Positions 1-7,885 of a stretch of DNA of 11,021 bases are shown piece after piece. Position numbers and translations under genes: made by a program. Each line of letters opens with the position of its first letter. The stretch's first letter is position 1. The stretch covers positions 1 to 11,021 of the forward strand of contig NW_021827179.1 in assembly GCF_006345805.1 (NCBI RefSeq). The letters run 5' to 3'. Below the pieces are notes generated by a model. It did not search any database. It worked only from the letters and a program-made list of their open reading frames with translations, and was not told the origin of the DNA. Source of the stretch: Octopus sinensis. Taxonomy: Eukaryota.

Positions 1-83
1 ACAAAATATCGATAGCAAAAACAATTCTGCAAAAGTTAATACATCTACTGTGAAGCACATACTTATTATAAGATGCACAAAAT

Positions 84-341
84 AGTTTTAGGACGCTACT
101 GCTAAAGAGCAGATATGTATATATTGAGAAACTTGATTTAAAAAAAAAGGTGAGAGAGGTCAATCTTTTGTCAAATTGCACACACAATACCGCCTTATAA
201 ACGAAGGGTTTTAGAAGTTTTAGGACGCTACTGCTAAAGAGCAGATATGTATATATTGAGAAACTTGATTTAAAAAAAAAGGTGAGAGAGGTCAATCTTT
301 TGTCAAATTGCACACACAATACCGCCTTATAAACGAAGGGT
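84..341. repeat. Perfect direct tandem duplication: 126-bp unit x2 (84-209 and 216-341) with a 6-bp filler
   Basis: Both copies read AGTTTTAGGACGCTACTGCTAAAGAG...CCGCCTTATAAACGAAGGGT. I found no mismatch, and both have an A9 run. The period is 132 bp and the filler TTTAGA lies at 210-215. Confidence 0.97.
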
Positions 342-482
342 CACATATGACAACACTCCCCGAGGAAAACTAATAAAACGACGTTTTGTAGTGGGTTGGA
401 GTGTACTTCATTATTTATATAATATATGAAGACAAATCGGTGATTAAAACAGCCAAAACAACAACGAAAATAGCAACAATGG

Positions 483-692
483 TCCTTTCAAATATAGGCA
501 CAAGCTCTGAAATTTTCTAGGATGGGAATAATATTTTTCTTCGACCACAATGCTCGACTGATATGAATCTTATTGATACCTAAATATGAAAGGCCAAGTA
601 GATCTCGGCGGAATTTCAAAACAGAACGTAAAGATTGACGAAATGGCACTAAGTATTTCGCCCGTCGTGCTAAAGATTTTACCAACTCACCA
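483..692 (-). mobile_element. Decayed tRNA-derived SINE of octopus type, with a Deu/Nin-like central domain
   Basis: The minus strand has a head GGTGAGTTGGTAAAATCTTTAGCACGACGGGCGAAAT (A-box-like) and a degenerate B box in GTTCTGTTTTGAAATTCCGCCGAG. The centre ATCTACTTGGCCTTTCATATTTAGGTATCAATAAG resembles the Deu/Nin motif GCCTTTCATCC...GGTCGATAAA. The end AAATTTCAGAGCTTGTGCCTATATTTGAAAGGA is followed by a (TTG)-like simple tail. The family assignment is from recall of an abundant Octopus SINE. Confidence 0.8.
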
Positions 693-1874
693 TATTTATA
701 TACGACCATAACGATTACGATAATGTTTAGATGTCTATCCCAATGCATTACTGGAAACGATGTCTGCATAAAAGCAAAACAAAACAAACAAAACAGAGGA
801 ATCAAATCAAAAGAAGAATAACAGTTGTATTTTTGTCTTCAGGGCGAAATATCACGATGTAATATTTTTGTCGTATTATAACGTCGATGACAAGGTTTCA
901 ATAGCTGCCTAGAGCCATCTCACATAAAATTCTTCGAAAATAATTATTATCAATTAGCAAGAAGCACGCTTCGGATTACCCTTGTTAATCATAGTGACAC
1001 AAGAAGGAGATGACGCACTCATAATTGATACATCATATATCTCATCCTGTATGTGTACGTATCTGTTTGTGTGCATGTGAGTGTGTTTGTGTGGGTGTGC
1101 ATCTGTGTTGTATCTAAGGATTTGTATGTATACACAGCAAAATGATAGAGTTAAACGTTTGCATAATTAAAACATAAGTCAGTATTTGATATAAAGACAC
1201 ATACATGTATATCAAAATTATACAATGTAAATTCTTAATTTGTGAATATTATTTGTGTCTATAGCATTCATTCTCAAACATTTTCTACTCATGGAATTCT
1301 TTGATTCCAATTTTGCTTATTGGACTCCCATAGCAATTGGATGTATATGAAAAATTCCTACTGTATTGTATTTTTATAATTAAATATTTCGAAGTGCATA
1401 AAATATTAACATTTTTGTGTATTATGGAAATATCAACCACATATCGCCTTTGTATTTTAGCAACAAAATCATATATAAGTCCACAACAGCCATATGGAGC
1501 CTGGTTCTGAACAACTGGCGTAAAGGATGTATTAGAGTTCCCGAACGGCAATTTTGAAGAGTTTGTTTAGAGAAAGGGAGATAATCTCAAGAATCAAAGT
1601 ATTCGACACATTTGACTTATTATAAAGTAAAAGAGCTTTATTTATTGTCTAGAAATAAGAGGAAAATTGTTTCAGATGTTTTCCCCTAAATATGCGTCAT
1701 CAGCACGTCAAATAAAGTAAAGCGGTCAAGGGAGGTATATATATTTATATATACCAAGAGCATACGACGAATATCACTGAGTTAATTCACTTCGTTCCTT
1801 CTACATAATATATACACGAGTAAATATATTCACAAATAAAATTATATACAAATATATAACATAGATAGCTTTAA

Positions 1875-1908
1875 TCTTTTACTTGTTTCAGTTATTAGTC
1901 TACCGCCA
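1875..1908 (-). mobile_element. 3' tail fragment of the same SINE/LINE tail family as the element at 7154-7579
   Basis: 1875-1892 TCTTTTACTTGTTTCAGT is the exact reverse complement of 7559-7576 ACTGAAACAAGTAAAAGA. Weaker similarity continues to about 1908 (TGGCGGTAGACTAATA vs TGGCCGAAGTCAAATT). Confidence 0.8.
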
Positions 1909-2155
1909 CACAGAGGAATAAAATACATTAAAAAAATAAATATATACACAGCCCACAGTCATCAGGCATAGGTTAGTTATGCCTTGTGCCGAGATGACAA
2001 ACGGGATACAAAAAAATGTTTGGACATGTTCTCGGCACATGAAACTAGTAGTAGCACATAAAAAAACATGTATTGTGTTTATTCAAAACCTGCTGTTGCT
2101 TTACTCAACACATCGACATACTAATTGACATATACCCATTAGTCCAAACACTTCT

Positions 2156-2209
2156 CACACACACACACACACTCTCTCACTCTCTCTCTCTCACTCTCTC
2201 ACACACACA
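2156..2209. repeat. Compound (CA)n/(CT)n microsatellite
   Basis: Directly visible. Confidence 0.95.
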
Positions 2210-2380
2210 ACCAGATAGATAGATGGATATACTATCTCGTTGAATGTACTCGTCCCGTCTGCATCATTTAAAAATCAACTTCGGAAAAATCACGTAGCTG
2301 TAACGTAGCGGTTCAACATCTTAGAAAGATGGAACAAGTAAATACCAGAACCGGAAACAAGAGAGAAAGAAGAAATTATA

Positions 2381-2465
2381 TGATTCATTTAATTAACTAA
2401 GACCCTATTAGCTGTTGCCCCAGCATGGTCCCTTTTCCAATGATTCATCAAATGATATAGAAAGA
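2381..2465 (+). mobile_element. Possible highly decayed SINE 3' tail
   Basis: The order GATTCATT..ACTAA..TGCCCCAGCATGGTC..AATGA..A-rich end parallels CGACTAA..CAGCATGGCC..AAATTACTGAAACAAGTAAAAGA in the 7154 element. Identity is low. Confidence 0.35.
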
Positions 2466-2892
2466 AAATATCACTGATATTCATACTCAACAGAATAAAA
2501 CACACACACATACAGCATACATATTCGATATACACGGTTCAGCATATTTACACATACATAGAGCTACACAAACCTAAGCGGTTTTTAGAGGTGAACATCG
2601 GAATGCATGAATCTAAGACAAGCGCAACTCGTTTCATCTTTGCTCTCCATGTAGTTAGCGAGTCTTTATTTTAATAACTCGCGTTATTTTATGTCGTCAT
2701 ATAATTTCTTGCCCTACAATTAAAGAAAGTATGGAAGACGGTGGAAACGATCTCTGGTGTTAAATTGCCCTATAATTGTATTTGCAGAAGCTTATTATTT
2801 CTCCTCGGCAATTATTTTACTGTGGAGATACATATTGTCTGAAATTAAAGAATCCGATTTACACATTAAATTTTTGGGTTGTTTCGCTGGTG

Positions 2893-2953
<61 letters not shown>

Positions 2954-2970
2954 ACGTATGTATGTATGTA
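2893..2970. repeat. Compound (TA)9-(TG)19-(TATG)n microsatellite
   Basis: Directly visible. Confidence 0.97.
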
Positions 2971-2991
2971 ATTTTACGTGTGTGTGCATGA

Positions 2992-3242
2992 ATACATGTG
3001 CATAATAATACACATGTATCTGAATATATACACATATATCAATATACATTTATACATACAAGCACATATACATACATATATATATGTATAAATATATATA
3101 TATAATATATATATTGTGTGTGTGTATGTATCTGCAAGTGAGTGAGTGTATGTGTGAGTCCATACATGTGCATAACAATACATTTGTGTCTGAATATATA
3201 CACATATATAGATATACATTTATACATACATGCATATATACA
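2992..3242. repeat. Older direct duplication: 81-bp core at 2992-3072 and 3162-3242 (period 170 bp)
   Basis: ATACATGTGCATAA(T/C)AATACA..TCTGAATATATACACATATAT..ATATACATTTATACATACA. I counted 8 mismatches in 81 bp with no gaps (about 90% identity). Confidence 0.9.
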
Positions 3243-3301
3243 GTTACATATATAAATAAGTATATATATGTATATATTCTATGGATATGTGCATATATAT
3301 G

Positions 3302-3338
<37 letters not shown>

Positions 3339-3379
3339 CATATATATATCGATATATATTTACACACACACACACACAC

Positions 3380-3427
<48 letters not shown>

Positions 3428-3637
3428 ATATACATATGCATACTATATATATATATATATATATATATACTCACATGCTATCTATTTATCTATCTGGTCT
3501 ACGTACATACTAACGTACGAACGTGTACATACATGCATACATACATACATACATACATACATACATACATGCATACATACATACGTACATACATACATAC
3601 ATACATACATACATACATACATACATAGACTTGCAGG

Positions 3638-3684
<47 letters not shown>
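3243..3684. repeat. Microsatellite cluster: (TA)n and (CA)n, then (TACA)n at 3526-3627 and (CT)22 at 3641-3684
   Basis: Directly visible. Confidence 0.95.
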
Positions 3685-3687
<3 letters not shown>

Positions 3688-4137
3688 CTTTCCTCCTTTT
3701 CTCAAATTGAGATTCTAAATATATTTCAATAAACAACGAATGGAACTATCAACTGAACTGTTCTCTGGCTTCTTTGCGTTACCAATTCCAATTCTTGGCA
3801 ATTCTGTCTACTGAGCCGAATATATCGCTCAACAGGCGTGTGTTTATTCAAAGCAGCAGGCCGTTAAACGTATATCCGCCTTGTCGTTCTTCGCATGGTA
3901 TTATACACGGTCAAGACTAGGTTGTTCTGTGTCATTCATTGAAGCATATTTATACGCGCGCATATATACATACCCCATCTCGTCGTAAACACACGCACAC
4001 TGACATAAAAAAACATTAACGTACACAGATATATGCACATATACTTGCAAATACACATGCTCAAAACCATGTACAAACATACATTATGCACATAAAGGCA
4101 CCTTCATATCATTGCGTGTATCGATATCGCAAATGCA

Positions 4138-4167
4138 CATATATATACACGTATACACACATATTCG

Positions 4168-4221
<54 letters not shown>

Positions 4222-4540
4222 CTATATATATAATATATATATATATATGTATATATATATAGTTATATAGTTTGTGTATATACATATATACATGCATATA
4301 TATATTTATATATATGTATGTCATATTTATTTATATCTAGATGCTTGTAAAGAGTCGTGTGTGTATATACATATATGCATATATGTATATTATATACGTA
4401 CATGCATATATATTGTTTGTATATATATATATATATATATAGATATATATCATGTTTATATGTTTATCTATATATATATATATTTATATATATATATATA
4501 TATTATGTTTATATGTATGTTTATATGTTTATATATATAA
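4138..4540. repeat. Interrupted (TA)n low-complexity block
   Basis: Directly visible. The longest pure run is at about 4170-4221. Confidence 0.95.
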
Positions 4541-4842
4541 ACCTATACACATACGCATAAGCATGCCTATATTCTAGGGCCCATACACAGTTGCTTTTAT
4601 ATAGATGTGTGTGCGTATTTGGGTGTATGTACAAATACATCGATTGGTGTTTCTCCAACATGCGACCACTTCCGCCGACTTTCCCCGAGTTAAGGTATTT
4701 GGCGTAAAATCCTTCATGTATAAGCTAGCATGCAATATATGTATGGCCTGGTGAATAAGATTTGCATTACAGTATGGAAGAGAAAATGGCTGGCATAGGC
4801 AAGCATAGAGATGACCGCTTGAATGGAAATGAATGACATGTG

Positions 4843-4933
4843 GTCTATCTATTTATCTATCTATCTATCTATCTATCTAATCATGTATGTATGCATATAT
4901 ATATATATATGTATATAATATATATATATTATA

Positions 4934-4964
<31 letters not shown>

Positions 4965-5084
4965 CCTCACTGTTTGTCTGGTGTCTGTCTGTCTGTCTGT
5001 CAATATATCTATCAATCTCTCTATTCATCTATCGATATATATGTATGCATATATGTATGTATGTATGTAGTATCTATCTATCTT

Positions 5085-5126
<42 letters not shown>

Positions 5127-5250
5127 ACTCTATCTATCATCTATGTATCTCCCCCCCCCCTCTCTCTCTCTATATATATATATATATATGTGTTTGTATA
5201 CTATCTAGATATCCACATACATTCATCCATACATTCTAACAAATACTTGG

Positions 5251-5301
<51 letters not shown>
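4843..5301. repeat. Microsatellite cluster: (TCTA)n, (TA)n, (TATG)n, C10 at 5151-5160, (TG)24 at 5254-5301
   Basis: Directly visible. Confidence 0.95.
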
Positions 5302-5302
<1 letters not shown>

Positions 5303-5772
5303 ATTTGCGTACGCATACTTTTTACTATTTTTATTATTCAGTCTTGAAGGGAGTTTATTAGATTGAAACAACGGAAAACGTAATAAGGAAAGATCCCAGT
5401 GACTTTATTGACATCACCGAGCTTCATTTAAAATCTTGTAGGCTACGGACGTGTTTTGATCCGGCATGATTATTTGATTTGTTTTTAATACTTTATATTT
5501 TAATTATTTTCTCGTCTGATTTATTTTTCTTCTTCCTCTCTTGAACAGAAAAGCGGGAGATATGTTGAATATCGAGAAAATAATACATACCTACATAAAT
5601 GAATGTATATATGGACACAGATATTCATGTATAGATTTAAGCACTTATAGATAAGGCTGTACATGCATACTCAACTACTAAATATCTTTATCTATCAGGC
5701 TGGGTGTGTATAAATCTATCGCCCTATCCCTTGTTTTTTCACTCATACACTTTCTGTCTCTTCGTCTCTCTT

Positions 5773-5889
5773 CACACAAACACACACACACATATATGTA
5801 TGTATATTTATATACGGATAGATACATAGATATATACAATATATACATATATAAATACACACAGTACACACACGGACACACGCACATAT

Positions 5890-5931
<42 letters not shown>

Positions 5932-5934
5932 GTG

Positions 5935-5967
<33 letters not shown>

Positions 5968-5984
5968 CTGTGTGTCTGTGTGTA
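5773..5984. repeat. (CA)n/(TA)n/(TG)n low-complexity block
   Basis: Directly visible. Confidence 0.92.
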
Positions 5985-6167
5985 GAAATAAATGTATACA
6001 GTAGCAAGTTAGATCAATGTACAATATATAATTATATATGCTACATATTGACACGTCTACCTTGCTTAATGCTTAAATTAATTTTTATACTGACCTCATC
6101 AAGTTTATATCTATTGAGCACTACTAAGTGTATTCTATACGGAGAATATCTGATCTAATCTGAGAAC

Positions 6168-6230
6168 TACACACCACACACACACACACACCACACACAC
6201 ACCACACACACACACACACCACACATATAT

Positions 6231-6270
<40 letters not shown>

Positions 6271-6288
6271 CTTATATACATATATACA
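6168..6288. repeat. Interrupted (CA)n followed by (TA)n
   Basis: Directly visible. Confidence 0.95.
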
Positions 6289-6471
6289 AGTGATAGGAAG
6301 GATACACGTATTTACAAATACTTTTTTACATAGTTATATAAATTCCATTGTTCACTACTTTACTTTCATTCTTATGTATTACTGTCTGAAAGAAATAAGA
6401 GAAATGTCAGAGAGACAAGGAGACAAACAGACAGACTGAGAGACAATCACAGACACACGCACATATGTGTG

Positions 6472-6473
<2 letters not shown>

Positions 6474-6509
<36 letters not shown>

Positions 6510-6541
6510 TATATATATATATATTTATATATATATATATA
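6474..6541. repeat. (CA)n-(TA)n microsatellite
   Basis: Directly visible. Confidence 0.95.
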
Positions 6542-7021
6542 ATTTTACTTTTACTATTCGTCGTATTATTGGCTATATTCAATTAGTTTCACCGGAAATC
6601 AAAAGTGTATGGAAACAATGTTTCGTTAAACATAAATCTATTCAGGCGTCATATTAAATGCGCCGCCGCTTCCTCCCTCCCCCGAACCGAACTCTTGAAT
6701 CACCGTATTCCTTGCTACACCAGTCAACGACAAAGAATTGAGATACTCGACGGAACTGCTGTATGCTACAAAATAAATAATCCGATTTTCTACGCCGCAA
6801 TATTTGGAAGCAGTTCTTTAAACATTTACCAAAAGCTATTTTAATGGTGTTTTAAAGACTACAATTCTTGTGCAGAATGTAGTACCACGTTATTGAGAAG
6901 AACTTTTGTGATATTCCCAAGAAAGTTTAGAGCATATGCACACATACACATACCCACACACTCAAACACACAGCCACAAACACACAGACATATACATATG
7001 TATATAATTATGTGCAATTAT

Positions 7022-7140
7022 ACATACGGCCATATCATGTTGAAAGCACCGGTTCTCGTCCGATCACCAAAGTTAAGCAACGTCGAGCCTAGTGAGTAAT
7101 TTAGATAGGTGACCGGTTGGGAAACCTAGGTACTGTAAGC
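7022..7140 (+). pseudogene. Full-length 5S rRNA-derived sequence, probably a dispersed 5S pseudogene
   Basis: TACGGCCATATCATGTTGAAAGCACCGGTTCTCGTCCGATCACCAAAGTTAAGCAACGTCGAGCCTAGTGAGTA...GATAGGTGACCGGTTGGGAAACCTAGGTACTGTAAGC aligns end to end with mollusc-type 5S rRNA over 119 nt. Box A (AGTTAAGC, 7071-) is intact. Signs of decay: box C TGGATGGG>TAGATAGG, a 1-nt insertion near loop E, helix I mismatches (5' ACATACGGC vs 3' ACTGTAAGC) and two CpG-type transitions (7038, 7069). It is a single copy, not an array. Confidence 0.93.
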
Positions 7141-7148
7141 GTCACACA

Positions 7149-7153
7149 TTTTT
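7149..7153 (+). terminator. T5 tract, candidate RNA polymerase III terminator for the 5S copy
   Basis: TTTTT begins after an 8-nt spacer following the 5S 3' end. Four or more Ts is the established metazoan Pol III terminator. Confidence 0.55.
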
Positions 7154-7329
7154 AGGCGCAGGAGTGGCTGTGTGGTAAGCAGCTTGCTTACCAACCACAT
7201 GGTTCCGGGTTCATTCCTACTACGTGGCACCTTGGGCAAGTGTCTTCTACTATAACTTTGGGCCGACGAAGGCCTTGTGAGTGGATTTGGTAGACGGAAA
7301 CTGAAAGAAGCCCGTCGTATTTATGTATA

Positions 7330-7368
<39 letters not shown>

Positions 7369-7579
7369 CGTATATGTTTGTGTGTCTGTGTTTGTCCCCA
7401 TAACATCGCTTGACAACCGATGGTGGTGAGTTTACGTCCCCGTAACCTAGCCGTTCGGCAAAAGGGACCGATAGAGTAAGTACTAGGCTTACAAAAAATA
7501 AGTCCTGGGGTCAATTTGCTCGACTAAAGGCGATGATCAGCATGGCCGAAGTCAAATTACTGAAACAAGTAAAAGAGTA
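7154..7579 (+). mobile_element. Full-length tRNA-derived SINE of octopus type, with a CORE-like motif and an internal microsatellite
   Basis: A box TGGCTGTGTGG (7165-7175), B box GGTTCATTCC (7208-7217), CORE/MIR-like ACCTTGGGCAAGT (7229-7241), internal (TA)12(TG)7 at 7331-7368, and tail CAGCATGGCCGAAGTCAAATTACTGAAACAAGTAAAAGAGTA. The tail recurs, inverted, at 1875-1892. I recognise it from recall as a very abundant Octopus SINE. Confidence 0.92.
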
Positions 7580-7582
7580 TAC

Positions 7583-7599
7583 GTGTGTGTGTGTGTGTT

Positions 7600-7630
<31 letters not shown>
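7583..7630. repeat. Interrupted (GT)n microsatellite abutting the SINE tail
   Basis: Directly visible. Confidence 0.95.
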
Positions 7631-7636
<6 letters not shown>

Positions 7637-7693
7637 ACACAAAAGGAAAGAAGGCTGTAATAGACGGACAATTGGTCAACACGGGAGAGATTG

Positions 7694-7885
7694 TGAGAAA
7701 GAATGAAAGAGAGAGAGAGAGAGAGTGAGAGGGACAAAGAGACAGACATAGCGAGACACAGGAGGAAAAAGTGAGGGATAGTAAGAGAGAGAAAGCGAGA
7801 ATAAGATAGAAGATAAAAAGAAATTGTAAGTCAGAAACGAAGAAATTTACAAAGGGATAAAATAGTGAATGAGATAGTGAATGAG
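7694..7885. repeat. (GA)n and degenerate purine-rich tract
   Basis: Pure (AG)n at about 7708-7725, with decayed GA-rich sequence on both sides. Confidence 0.8.

Noticed and set aside
84-341. CRISPR-like or other prokaryotic repeat array (also 9404-9457)
   Set aside because: Only two units, no unique spacers, no cas genes, and a clearly eukaryotic context.
488-805. 105-aa minus-strand ORF
   Set aside because: It runs through a decayed SINE, and I recognise no protein homology.
2074-2087. TGTGTTTATTCAAA also present at 3839-3852
   Set aside because: A single AT-rich 14-mer match is near chance expectation and does not extend.
4812-4821. TGACCGCTTG resembling 5S box C
   Set aside because: Only 10 nt match and the flanks do not align.
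2757-6657. Many ORFs rich in YI, CV, HT, SL or ER dipeptides (also 7552-7913, 9515-9929 and 10255-10805)
   Set aside because: They are translations of stop-free microsatellites, not genes.
6893-7099. 68-aa ORF ending MLKAPVLVRSPKLSNVEPSE
   Set aside because: It is a spurious translation of 5S rRNA sequence.
7154-7230. Functional tRNA gene
   Set aside because: A and B boxes are present, but there is no proper cloverleaf and the sequence continues into a SINE body.
7188-7514. 108-aa minus-strand ORF
   Set aside because: It is an antisense translation of the SINE and its internal microsatellite.
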